In this document: positions 24,101 through 35,524 of the stretch, one piece after another
Layout of the letters: each line of letters starts with the position of its first letter
How positions within the stretch are numbered: the stretch's first letter is position 1
Source of the DNA: Mobula hypostoma
Taxonomy: Eukaryota
Direction of reading: 5' to 3'
DNA: 64,000 nt
Assembly (NCBI RefSeq): GCF_963921235.1
Contig: NC_086114.1
Coordinates: 36,084,001-36,148,000 of the forward strand
Made by a program: the position numbers and the translations under genes
Notes under the pieces: model-generated
Database searches by the model: none
Told to the model about the DNA's origin: nothing
The model's input: the letters and a program-made list of their open reading frames with translations, nothing else

Positions 24101-26994
24101 TTTATCTCCAAACAGCTAAGGTACCATCTCTCCTATGAATTTTCATAATTTGCCTTTTGGCTGCAGCCATTTTTAATTGAGATACAAGCAGTTTATTATT
24201 TTTATCTCCAAACATATAAAATTGGTTCTTTAACTTAAGCAAATATCCTTCAATGGGATGAGTTAATAACAGGTTATATTGTGATTGAAGTTCCACCCTT
24301 TGTTTAAATAAATCAGTATTGGGGGAAATTGTGTAGATATTATCTAAATCTTTAATTTGTTTTGCAATTCTACCTAATTCTGCTTTAGTTTGTTTTTTAA
24401 GTTTAGCTGAATAAGAAATAATCTGACCACGTAAAAATGCTTTAAATGTATCCCATATAACTAATTTAGACATACCCCCTATATCATTAAAAAGAAAAAA
24501 ATATTTTATCTGGGTTTCAATGAAACTGACAAAGTCAGAGTTTTGCAATAATGTCTGAGACATGCACCAAGATGGGCGGGCAAGAGTGATATCATCACAT
24601 TCAAAAGACAAACTCAGGGGCGCATGATCAGATATAGCAATAGCGTCATATTCGCAAGTTTTAACACTAGGCAAGAAGCGGGGATCGATTATAATGGATC
24701 CTCGAATATTTTTTATAAACATGTGAGAAGAAAGAACATTCTCTATTATTGGGATGGAGATACAGTACCTCCACAAATCAATCAAAAAGGAATTAATAAA
24801 TGACGCGGATCGATTTGGAAGTCGCTGATTGGTTGAGCTCTTATCAATCATAGGATTTAGGCAGCAATTAAAATCCCCACCCATTATCAGCATATATTCA
24901 TTTAAATCAGGCAGTAAAGCAAATACCTTTTTAAAAAAAGAAGGATCATCTAAGTTAGGACCATACAAATTAACCAAAACAACTTTTCTGTTACAGATTG
25001 TTCCTTTAACAATTAAAAATCTACCATTAGAATCTGATTCAATATCCTCTTGAATAAATATATTAGGTTTAATAAAAATAGACACACCTTTTGTTTTACT
25101 CTGAGAAGTAGAGTGGAATTGCAAACCATTCTACCATCTAAAAAATCTATTTTGATCTCCCGCCCTGATATGTGTGTCTTGAGCAAAAATTATATCAGTT
25201 TGGAATCGGTTAATAATTTTAAAAGTCTATTTTTCATTTAATAGGATGATACTAACCACGTACATTCCAACTTATTATATTAATCCGTTTAAATACCATA
25301 CTATAATTTTATTCTACTTTATACATGCACAGAGCACATGCCAATACAGGATGATCAAAAATGGCAGTGATGAAGAATACAACCAGATAAAAAACACGTA
25401 TGCTCCGGAACCACCCAATGGGAAAAAACTCCTAACTCTAAACCCACCCACCCACACCCGGAAACCCAAAAAAGGCAAACGATCTATGATAGAATTCAAA
25501 GCTACTGACTGCTCTGTCTGTGTTTTCTTTCCCTCCCCCAGTTAGTAAAAAAGTAGAATGACCTTGTGAAAAAAAAGTCTCAGCAAAAAAAAGGTATTTA
25601 CATTCCATCGACTAATAAACAAGAACCAAAATAATGTTATCTCTTAGAGAGAAAAACCAGCGCCATCTTTAAGTTTAATATTAATTCCCTAAAAAAGCTT
25701 TAAATTCAATTATAAAATGTTATAATAAAACAGAAAAAATATATAAAAAGCCCCATTAGTAGGAAAAAACTACCAATTAGCTGATTAAAAAAAGAAACAA
25801 ACCAAGTATTAAAGGAACAAATCCCCTTATCTTCTTCTCTCAGTCGTAGAATGTTCAGAGATCATTTAGACAGAGATACTTAAGCCATAAATCTTTCCAA
25901 AGGAAAACCAACAATATGCAATAATGAAAAACTCTCCTTGTCTTCTTTAATTAGTCTCTCAATTAAATATACAAATGACCTTCATAAATCTTCTTTCCAA
26001 AATGCGAATAATATACAGATAGTCAAACAGCCTTTCAGATACAGTAGATCCTTCAACAGCGGCAGGTATAGCCTGAACAAAGTCCCGTGCAGCTTTTGGA
26101 TCAAAAAAAGTACGAGGAGGAGAATTAGCAGGAAAAACTTTAATTCTTGTTGGGTACCTCAAAGACGGAAAAAGTTTTTTATCATATGCTTGTTTCATTA
26201 CCAGGGCAAATTTTGATCTTTGTTCCATTATCTCTCTTGGATAATCTTCATAAAAGCGGAGCTCAGATTCCATAAATCTAAAAACTCTATTTTCTTGCCT
26301 GTCGCATTATTTGATCTTTAATTTTAAAGTGATGAAAGCAGACCAGAACAGATCTTGGTTTACTAGAATCCTTCAATTTCGAGATAAACGCCCTATGTGC
26401 CCTTTCTATAGCAGGCAGCTTTGATAGAAAGGTAGGAAATAAAGTGTGGAAAAGCTTACCAAAGTAAGCAGTTAAATCTCCATCTTCAGCTCCTTCTTGC
26501 AGCCCAACACTTCATATATTCTTTCGTCGAGACCTAGTTTCCAGGTCTATAATCTTATTTTGATATCTTTCCAAACGAGTTGTAGCTTCAGACAACTTTT
26601 GCTTAGTTATCTTCAATTCCTCTTCATGTGAAATAACTTGAGTTTCCAGGTCTTTAAGTTTTCCCAGAAATGACTTCATTTCATTACTATTCTTTTCCAG
26701 TTGATCTTTAATTGATCCATTCTGATCCTTAATTGAATTCAGTGTCCGAATGATATCTTCAGCCCACGATGGCATTTCATCAGATCTTTCCTTTTGCACC
26801 TTTCCTTTCCCATTACCTTTATCACTAGGTTCAGGTAAATTCTTTCCACTTCTTGTAAATATAGATATATTGTTCCCCCTCAAGAAGCAGCAAGTAAAAA
26901 TTTTAAATTCAAAGCTTAAACTGGGGGGAGAGAAAGAAAACTAAGAGCAGCACAAAAATACTGCTACTCCATTTGCAGACAGGGGCGGTCCTCC
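21148..26994 (-). mobile_element. Full-length L1/Tx1-clade LINE (ORF1 ~26883-25960, ORF2 ~25299-21442), inactivated, in PLAC9 intron 1
   Basis: ORF1 coiled coil + DLETRSRRKN and YEDYPREI..R; APE endonuclease SWNVRG, GGDFN, ISDHAP; RT FRPISLLNVDAKIL, GTRQGCPLSP; C-terminal HMFWSC. 15-bp TSD ccagag(g/a)gtttttcc at 21133-21147 and 26995-27009. Multiple stops and frameshifts. Confidence 0.95.
24014..24214. repeat. Exact 100-bp tandem duplication inside L1 ORF2
   Basis: agctaaggtaccatctctcctatg...tttatctccaaaca occurs at 24014 and 24114. Confidence 0.95.
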
Positions 26995-27639
26995 CCAGAG
27001 AGTTTTTCCCAGGGCTGGAATTGCTAATGCAAGGGGGCATCATTTTAAGGTGCTTAGAAGTAGGTACAAGGGGGATGTCAGAGTGGTGGGTGCATGGAAT
27101 ACACTGCCAGCAAAGGTGGTAGAGGCAGATACAATAAGGTCTTTTAAGAGACTCTGAGATAGGTACATGGAGCTTAGAAAAATAGAGGGCTATGCACTAG
27201 GGAAATTCTAGGCAGTTTCTAGAGTAGGTTACATGGTCGGCACAACATTGTGGGCCGAAGGGCCTGTAATGTGCTGTTGATTTTCTCTGTTTCTATGCTC
27301 TATGTTCTTTTATGATGCCGGTTTTAGATGGCGCTGGTGAATCTCAGTGACTTCTGGCTGGTGGCTAACGGAACAAGGAAAACAACTAAATACATTGTTA
27401 ATGACTCTTTTTCTGTCAAATGCTCATCGCAAACAATAGTCTATAACTTCCCTTTGGACTTGGAGGCAGTTCGATGCAGCAGAACCAAGGCGAGGTGGAG
27501 GGCCCGTTGCCGAGAGCAAGGAAGACCTGCAGTTCGATTGATTTTTTGTGCCAGGTTGAATTGGAAAAGTCGATTACAGGCCAAATTGAGGCGGTGGGGT
27601 CCAAGCCCCAGAATGTACCGAAGTGACTGAACCCAATAT

Positions 27640-27916
27640 TTATTTAGTTTATTTTTGACTTATTGAGATAGAATAGTCCCTTCGCGCCGCACTGCTCAGC
27701 TATCCCCCAATTTAACCCTAGCCTAATCACAGGGCAATTTACAATGACCAATTAACCTACCAACCAGTACATCTTTGGACTGTGGGAAGAAACCAGAGCA
27801 CCCGGAGGAAACCCACATGGTCATGGGGAGAACGTACAAAGTCCTTACAGACAGCGGCAGGAATTGAACCTGGGCTGCCTGTACTGTAAAGCGTTGTGCT
27901 AACCAGTACACTACCG
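27640..27916 (-). mobile_element. V-SINE-like tRNA-derived SINE
   Basis: Minus strand ggtagtgtactggttagcac (box A)...ggttcaattcc (box B)...gtgggtttcctccgggtgctctggtttcttcccacagtccaaaga core. Confidence 0.85.
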
Positions 27917-28557
27917 TTAGAGGATGATTTAAGTGGTGGGCTGAGTAGGAGGGGTGGGGTCCAGGCCCCAGGGTGTTTCGAAGCGGCTGACCCAGAAGTT
28001 TGCATGACGATTTAAATGCTGGACCAGATTGAAAAGGACACGATGTCAGGGCCTGAGGCGAGGGATGGGCTGGTTCAGCTTGCAGCTCAGCTCTGCTCTG
28101 AACTAAGGGTCTGTCAATGGACTCTTGTGGAATGGCAGAGCACACTTGATGGGCTGAATGGCTATGGTCTTATAGACTTCAGTTCAGAATGCTATTTAAA
28201 GTCCTTACAGACAGCGGCAGGAATTGAACCTGGGCTGCCTGTACTGTAAAGCGTTGTGCTAACCAGTACACTACCGTTAGAGGATGATTTAAGTGGTGGG
28301 CTGAGTAGGAGGGGTGGGGTCCAGGCCCCAGGGTGTTTCGAAGCGGCTGACCCAGAAGTTTGCATGACGATTTAAATGCTGGACCAGATTGAAAAGGACA
28401 CGATGTCAGGGCCTGAGGCGAGGGATGGGCTGGTTCAGCTTGCAGCTCAGCTCTGCTCTGAACTAAGGGTCTGTCAATGGACTCTTGTGGAATGGCAGAG
28501 CACACTTGATGGGCTGAATGGCTATGGTCTTATAGACTTCAGTTCAGAATGCTATTT
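27838..28557. repeat. Exact 360-bp tandem duplication
   Basis: 27838-28197 is identical by line-by-line comparison to 28198-28557; this explains the duplicated ORFs in the track. Confidence 0.95.
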
Positions 28558-29384
28558 GCTTGTGTTTATTGTTAACACGATTTGTTTTGTATCTCTGCAC
28601 ATTGGGTGTTCGGCGGTCTTATGATTTTATGTGGGTTTCTTTGTTTTGCCTGTAAGGAGATGAATCCAAGGTTGTACAATGTATACTGTACATACTTTGA
28701 TAATAATTGTACATTGAACCTTAGCAATTTTTTTCCTTGAGATACATCTGTAAGGCCCTTGTGACGCACTGAGAGATGACTGGATTGTTCATTATAGACT
28801 TTGTGTACTTCAGTTACATATTCATGAATCTGACACAATTTATCAAATGATTTGGTTCTTAATCAGCCTGTGATGAATTTTGCTTCTCTTCCTCTTTGAT
28901 TCTAAATGCCAACAAATATTATGTCCAGATTATTTAAAATTCTACTCTTTTTAATTTTTATTTCTATAATGATATAATTACTAATTCCTGCTGGTAAAGT
29001 GATGATATAAGGATGATTCCATTTCCCTTGCTATAGATGAGGTGGATCCCTGTTGGGAGAGCAGGATGATGAAATTGAAATAAATATTTAACCCTTTATT
29101 ACTACAGCTCTAATGTTGGGAAATGCAATGCTGTTACAACCAGCATCATACACGTAGGGTTTACAGCTTGACTGACAGCTTTCATTAAGAGTTCACCAAT
29201 CATTTTCACTCTTTGAAGGGTTGGTGGAGTTTATTGAGATTCAGAATGACTACACAATGGATTCATGAAGTACAGTGTATCTGCAGCAAATAAACACAGA
29301 TGTGTGCGGGGGGCAGAGTGAGTGTCAGAAGGAGGACGAATGGGAAGAGAAGACTCACTGACTCACTGATTTTACTTGTTTCAG

Positions 29385-29464
29385 TGCTGGACCTTCAGCA
29401 AGATGTCACAAACTGGTGTGAATATGACAAGGCACTCCACGCACGGTTGAATGTTGTAGAAAAG
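29385..29464 (+). CDS. PLAC9: PLAC9 exon 2
   Basis: ttgtttcag acceptor; (V)LDLQQDVTNWCEYDKALHARLNVVEK; GTAACC donor. Aligns by eye with human PLAC9 C-DRHMAVQRRLDVMEE. Confidence 0.88.
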
Positions 29465-29619
29465 GTAACCAAGACTATTCCCTTTCAGCTTATCAGCTAT
29501 GGTTATGTATAAGGTCATTTATAATGGATGATTAGTTGGGATCTATGGTGAACAAATGGGCCACAACTGCTGCATGGAAAAATTAGAGATATGACAGATA
29601 TTCATGAAGTACGGGACAA

Positions 29620-30340
29620 GGAGAGTGGGAAGAGGAGTAGAGAGGTTCACAGTGCTGTCAAATGGCACTTACTAATTAATACCCACTCTGGATTTCGCTC
29701 CATTCTCAGTTTGAACTTTGAACAATAAACTCAGTACCAGAGATCAGAAGTTGGGATAATCATTGATAATTGCACAATGTTCATTTCCATGAATAACTCC
29801 ACAGATAACAAAGCAACCCGTGCTTGCACACAGTTATATATAGATCATATTAAGCCATGGGCTGATAACTGGAGTGCAACATTTGTATCACGCAAGTGTT
29901 TGATAATGAATGTCAACAAGATTAAATCTGACCACCTAACCTTTACATTAGGGATCTCTATTGTCAGGACTCCTTGTCAATATCCTAGAGTGGAGGTCAT
30001 CACTGACCAGCAATTTATCAGGTCCATCCATGTAAATGGTTACTTAGAGCAGGTTAGAAACTGACTAACTTGTGGCAAGTAACTCACCTCTTGGCTCACT
30101 AAAAGACTTTTTTACCAAGCATGTCAGGAGCATGATGGAATACTCTCCTGGATGAGTGCAGCTCCAATACTGCCTAAGAATCTCAACACCATCTACTACA
30201 AAGCAATGACATCCCACCTTCTGAATACAGTACTCCCTCCATAATGGTGCACCTCACCCACAGTGTACCTGCTGCAGAATGCACTGCAACAACTCCCACA
30301 GACCTTCTTGACAGAAAACCTCTAGAATGTAGAAGGAGAA
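29620..30340 (+). mobile_element. Old CR1/L2-group LINE 3' remnant
   Basis: Degenerate (FA)DNCT, WADNW..TF...KC and ggaatactctcc..tggatgagtgcagctcca. Confidence 0.5.
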
Positions 30341-31214
30341 CAGTCAGCACACAAGGACACGGCAACTAGAGCCGCACCTCCACCACCTACAAGTCACAGA
30401 TAAGGAAATGTCAGGCAGTTTGTTCACTCTATCTTCATTGATAAGTAATGGACAATAAATGCAGGTCATGTATTCCTCACCATCCCAAAGAACAGGGTGA
30501 TTGGACCGGTGTGTCCCAATTGCTGTTTCTGAAGGAAGGAAGTTTGGGAAGATGTGTTTCTTTGGCAGGATCTTTTGCTGAGATGTTAGCAGGTAAACCA
30601 TTGAAATGGGGAGGTTGAAGATAAGGGCAAGAGGGGACTGCATTTAATTCTGGGAGGGAGGGAAACGGTTGAGAGCCGAAGTGCAGGAAAGGGAATGGAC
30701 TAGGACAGACATATTAGAAGCACTAATGTGGCAATATCAGAGCAGGAACATTGGAGATAAGGAAATGGGGTGAATGGAATGGAATTGTCACAGGAGGTGA
30801 ATTGGATAGGTCAGTGGTCAAAGGAGCAGTAAGAGCTCATAAATCCATAGATTATCTTGGTCAGGAAGTTATCCCTCGAAGTGAAATGTTGCTGAATGTC
30901 AGGGAAGACCCAGACATGGACCAAGTGACCATGAGAGGAGGTGAAATTTGGAAATAGCTGGCGGGGGGAGGTGTGTGTGGAGAAGAAGCAAACAGTAGCA
31001 CAATGTTTCGGGTGCCCCTGTTCTCCTTTAATTCCATGCTCTTTCTCCAAATGAGAGGTGGGTATTATGGGAAACCAGATGCATCCCAGCTATTCTGGGC
31101 TTTTCTGTTTTCAAATGCTGGCACTGGAATCTTGCTATGTACAGATTTCCTGCTGCATTTCCAAGATCATAATGCTGACCCTATGTCAGAAGTATTTCTT
31201 TGGCAAACAAAAGA

Positions 31215-31776
31215 CACAATCAGTGGTCACTTTATTAAATACAATTGTACACCTGCTCATTAATGCAAGTATCCAATCAGCCAATTATATGGCAAAAACT
31301 TGATGTATAAAAGCATGCAGACATGCTCAAGAGGTTCAGTTGTTGTTCAGACCAAATATCACAATAGGGAAGAAATGTGATCTAAGTGACTTTGACCAGG
31401 GAATAATTGTTGATACCAGGTGGGATGATTTGAGTATCTCAGAAACTGATTATCTCCTGGGATTTTCACACACACACACACAGTCTCTAGACTTTACAGA
31501 GAATGGTGCGAAAAACAAGACAACCAGTGAGTGGCAGATATGTGGGTGAAAACACCTTGTTAATGAGAGAAGTCAGAGAGCAGACTGGTTCAAGCTGACT
31601 GGAAAATGATAGTAAAGTTACCACACATTACAATAGTAATGTGCAGAAGAGCATCTCAGAATGTTTAACATGTTGAATCTTGAAGTAGATGGGCTACAGC
31701 TTCAGAAGACCACGAACATACACTCAGTGGCCACTTTATTAAATAGAGGAAGTACTGAAGTGGCTACTGACTGTAT
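31215..31776 (+). mobile_element. Non-autonomous Tc1-like DNA transposon
   Basis: Ends cagtgg(t/c)cactttatt ... aagtggctactga; residual transposase N-terminus GKKCDLSDFDQG.IV..R...LSISETDYLLGFSHT. Confidence 0.75.
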
Positions 31777-31914
31777 AAAAGAAGATATAAGTTATAAACT
31801 AAACTAAACCAAAGTCTGGTCCAATACTCAGCAATGGTGTGCTTGACCTCAACACGTCCTTGCCCACCACCTTGCTGATCAAGAATCTGTCACCCTCCTG
31901 CCTTAGGGATTGCT

Positions 31915-32110
31915 CAGTGACACCACTGGTCAAGTCACTTCAAAACTCCAGTGACCTGGGTTCGACCCTGATCTCCAGTGCTGTCTGTGTGGGGAAAACT
32001 GGGACAACTTGGGTGCATGCAGTTACTCCAGTTTCCTCCCACATACCCCCCCAAAAATGTGCAGTTTGACAGATTAATTGAATACCATAAAAAATACCTC
32101 TGGTGTGTGG
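31915..32110 (+). mobile_element. tRNA-derived SINE fragment
   Basis: ctccagtgacctgggttcgaccctgatctccagtgctgtctgtgtgg...ccagtttcctcccacat. Confidence 0.6.
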
Positions 32111-32361
32111 ATGAAGGAGACAAAAACAAGTATCACCTTGCTCTGAAATTGATGGCCCTTTGTTTTTAAAGAGAGGAGATTAGATCTTGGTTCTCCATCA
32201 ATTACCATCCTCCACGTCCACTCATCAAATCTCTCAAGACTTTGTCACATTGGGATAAGGTGAGAATGTAACAGGCAATGTATAAATCCAAGCACTTACT
32301 TTTACTCACCATGGTGCATGAGTTGTGATTAACTCTTTCTTACTTTCCTGTCTTGCTACAG

Positions 32362-32476
32362 AATATCGAACAAACAGTGAATCACTTGGAGGCAGAAGTG
32401 TCTGATCTGCTCAAGTTCATCGAGACTTCCGACATTTCTCTTGAGTTAGGGCCTCCAACCATTGACATTTTTGAAG
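32362..32476 (+). CDS. PLAC9: PLAC9 exon 3
   Basis: cttgctacag acceptor; NIEQTVNHLEAEVSDLLKFIETSDISLELGPPTIDIFE+G, similar to human VEKTVDHLGTEVKGLLGLLE. Either splices at GT 32477 or reads through to TGA at 32485-32487. Confidence 0.9.
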
Positions 32477-32884
32477 GTGGCGTGTGAATTTATGGATTAT
32501 TTTTCTTTCCTCTGGAAAACTTTGTGCTCATTGAAGTGAGACTGGTTCATTCTGGGTGCCCATTTCAGTCACCCAATGCTAGATTTTGGGGGTGGGGAGG
32601 GGGGAATGCAGAATCTGGAAATCTGAGACAAAATTGGGATGTACTGGAAATACTCAGCAGGTCAGACGGCATCTGTGGGGAAAGAAACAGAGTCAATGTT
32701 TTAGATCAATGACCCTTCAATAAATGAGAAAACAAATGTGTTCAAGTTGCAAGCTGTGTTTTAGAGTAAGTGTGAGGAGGCAGGGAAAGATTGTGATAGG
32801 GTGCGTATACACATACACACACACATACTTACCCTTAAACAATCGAAAAGGCACCCATTTGACTTTACAACAGCCCCAGGCACA

Positions 32885-33325
32885 TAGAGTAATTGAGTAA
32901 TGCAGCAGAGAAACAAATCCTATGGCCTATCTGATCCATGCTGACCACAGCATCCTCCCTGCTAGTTCCAAGTTCCCCCTTTTGACCCATTACCCTCCAA
33001 GCCCTTCCCCTCCAGGTGCCTATCCAAATGCCTCTTGAATGCTGCAATTGTACTCACCTTGAGCACTTCCTCTGGCAGCTCATTCCAGGTAGGCACTACC
33101 CTCAGTATAAAGAAGTTGCCTCTCATGGGTCTCCTTTAGATGTCCTCCCTCTTATCTTGTATCTCTGTGCTCCCTCAGTTTTGATTCCGCAACTCTTGGA
33201 CCTTTTTCGTGCCTTCATGATTTAATACACTTCTATGAGTTCAACCCTCATTTTCCTAAACTCCAAGGAATAAAGATTGAGTGTGGCCAACTATAACTCA
33301 GACCCTCTAGCTTAGTATACATACC
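32885..33325 (-). mobile_element. Old CR1 3' fragment
   Basis: Reverse complement of CR1 C-terminal and tail sequence. Confidence 0.6.
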
Positions 33326-33399
33326 TGCTCAGTAACTCACACTAACAATTGGGGAATGTAGAATAACCCCTTTGTAATTTCTAAATTTGCAGTAGGTTA

Positions 33400-33750
33400 T
33401 AGTTCTGTAAGAAATGCAGTTGAAGAGAGAGAAAACAAATTGAAAGAGTCTCTCTGAGGAGGGAAAGCGTAGAGTTGAATGCCTGAAGTTATTAACTTCA
33501 ATCTTGGATTCCAGTGGCTGTAGAGCTGAAGGGCCATTCCTTGAGCCTGTATTTTGTATCATTGGAGCGATGTAGGAGATTGAGGGTTGAAAGGTCAGAG
33601 AGGGAGACGATGTAGAATTAAAGTGATAGATGAAGCTCAGGGTCACTCTTGAGAACCGAGCAGAGCTGCTCAATCAGAGTGGGCACCAAACTGCAGTTGG
33701 CTTCTCCATGTCAAGGGGACCACCATCAGCACTGAATGCAGGACACCTAA
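33400..33750 (-). mobile_element. Old Penelope-like remnant
   Basis: LQPLESKIEVNNFR resembles the Penelope C-terminal LQP.G.NI.F.NFR motif. Confidence 0.5.
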
Positions 33751-33819
33751 GGGTGTCAGGAAAGACATCAGGTTGGGTGGTACCGGTCTATATCGGCACC
33801 ACTGGGCTTAAGCAACGCC

Positions 33820-34310
33820 TAATTAGAGGTGTGTAGGTGTACATGTGCATATCTGTGGCTATGCACTGGTAAGTGTGGTAACTGCAGGTATGAACAGGTA
33901 AACCTGTATGGCTCTAGGTATAAGAAAATTTATGCATCTGCGGGTGTATACAAGTTAATATATTCCTGTGGGTGTACACAGGAAAAGTGTGTGATTAAAA
34001 CTATGCATAATTAGGTATGTATAGCTGCAGGTGTGTACAGGTAAGTGTGTGTGTGTGTGTAGGCAAGTTAATTGTATGTTTGTAAGTGGCTTTGGATGTG
34101 TACAGGTGAATGTATGTATCTGTGGTTATCTCTGCAAGTGTGTGCTTACCTTGTGTGTACAGGTAATGTGTTCCTGGTAAATGTGTATGGATGCAGATGT
34201 ACGCAGCTAAATGTATGCATATGCCTAAATGTCCGTATCTGTGGTATGAGCAGTAAAGTTAATGAATGTACTTGTGAATGTGTAGCGTCATATAGGTACC
34301 TTTTAAAGGT

Positions 34311-34345
<35 letters not shown>

Positions 34346-34660
34346 CATGTGCAGGTATGACCTCATTTCAGTAGGTCTACACATGTTCCTGTGTGCCAGA
34401 TGACCATGTGTGTGCATATGCATGCAAGTGCTTTTGGATGGGCTCATGCCTGAAGGTACAGTATATGCAGGTGTATATGTGAACCTGTGGATGTATACAG
34501 GTAAATGTGTATGTCGATGAGTCTTTGAAAGTAGTTGTTCATGGAAGTGGTAAGTGCATGGACACATATACACAGCTGCATTCAGGGAAGTTACCTGCAA
34601 TCTTTGCACATGTGTGTCTGTGGTGTAAGTCTATGTGCAAATGTGCAAGTCTGTAGAACA
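33820..34660. repeat. Degenerate TG/CA-rich low-complexity repeat with (GT)n microsatellites
   Basis: Recurring gtgtacaggtaa/tgtatg motifs; pure (GT)n at ~34045-34060 and ~34313-34343. Confidence 0.85.
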
Positions 34661-35022
34661 AAGCTAAGGAGAGAATTAGTTTGGGATAAATGCACAAGAT
34701 GCTGGAGGGAATGGAGGCATGAGAATAGCTTTGTGTGTTGCTTGAGGCTCCACCATCTGCAGTGTCTTGTGTCCCTATCAGACAGGGATGGTTGGCCAGG
34801 GTAAAGCCCAAATGCTCATTCATTCAACCAAACCTCTTTCACACATAACCATGTACTTTTCATCATGTATTTGTTCACGATCAAAAGGCTTGTGAAATCC
34901 CACTCTGGTCTTGCTTAGAGTGGTTCTGGGGAACAATTGTAAGGTCACGAGTCAGCAATAGGAAGTTAAGAAGGAAGTAAACTGGGGAACAAGTCTCTGT
35001 TTAACTCTCTTTATCTCCGTAG

Positions 35023-35033
35023 GTCTGGTTTGA
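35023..35033 (+). CDS. PLAC9: PLAC9 probable terminal micro-coding exon 4 (G-L-V-stop) followed by 3'UTR
   Basis: Strong polypyrimidine tract ctctctttatctccgtag, then GT CTG GTT TGA. Phase 1 is compatible with exon 3. As I recall, human PLAC9 also ends with a tiny coding last exon. Confidence 0.55.
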
Positions 35034-35296
35034 ACAGCACGATACCTTTCTTCATAATGAAAAAATCTACTTTGAACCAAAAATTTAATCATACCACAGA
35101 AATACTTTATCAGCCATTACTCACGAATATGTCAAGAAAAATTCTCACAAATGTACTCTAACAATGTGCTTTTTATAAATTGCATTTGTTCCTTGTATCA
35201 ATGGATGCTTTGCTTTGTGCAACACACCCGCGGGGCTATATTTTTAAATGATTGGGACACTGTTAGCAAGTTAACAAGACACCACCATATCTGCAC

Positions 35297-35524
35297 ATAG
35301 AACATATAAGAGTACAGCACATTATAGGCCCTTCAGCCCATGATGAATTACTGACCTTTTAACCTACTCCAAGATCAATCTAACCCTGCCCTCCCACATT
35401 GTTCTCCATTTTTTTTTTCATCCATATGCTAATCTAAGAGTCTGTAAATGTTCCTTACGTATCTGCCTTGACAATCAGCCTGGCAGTACATTCCATGCGC
35501 ATCCCACTTGCTGTGTAAAAAAAA
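35297..35524 (-). mobile_element. CR1 3' tail fragment
   Basis: catagaacata tail and ttttttacacag..gtgg..gcgcatggaatg CR1 C-terminal sequence on the minus strand. Confidence 0.75.

Larger units (their letters stand above)
21084..27305 (+). mobile_element. CR1 3' fragment split by the L1 insertion (21084-21147 and 26995-27305)
   Basis: gtgtataagatgatgaaaggcaatgattgtgtggatagccagag continues as gtttttcccagggctg... after the L1, collinear with the CR1 at 55070-55425. Confidence 0.85.
27318..28722 (+). mobile_element. Non-autonomous element with AGATGGCG head and Rex1-type 3' tail, containing a nested SINE and a 360-bp duplication
   Basis: 5' ttttagatggcgctggtgaa; 3' tail gaatccaaggttgta...tactttgataataattgtacattgaac resembles the Rex1 tails here; homologous to the minus copy at 60790-62025. 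Confidence 0.55.

Noticed and set aside
27860-27916. tRNA gene-like box A/box B sequence (also 28220-28276 and 31915-31975)
   Set aside because: These are SINE heads without a complete cloverleaf.
34072-34823. Cys/Val- and His/Thr-rich ORFs
   Set aside because: Translations of TG/CA low-complexity sequence.
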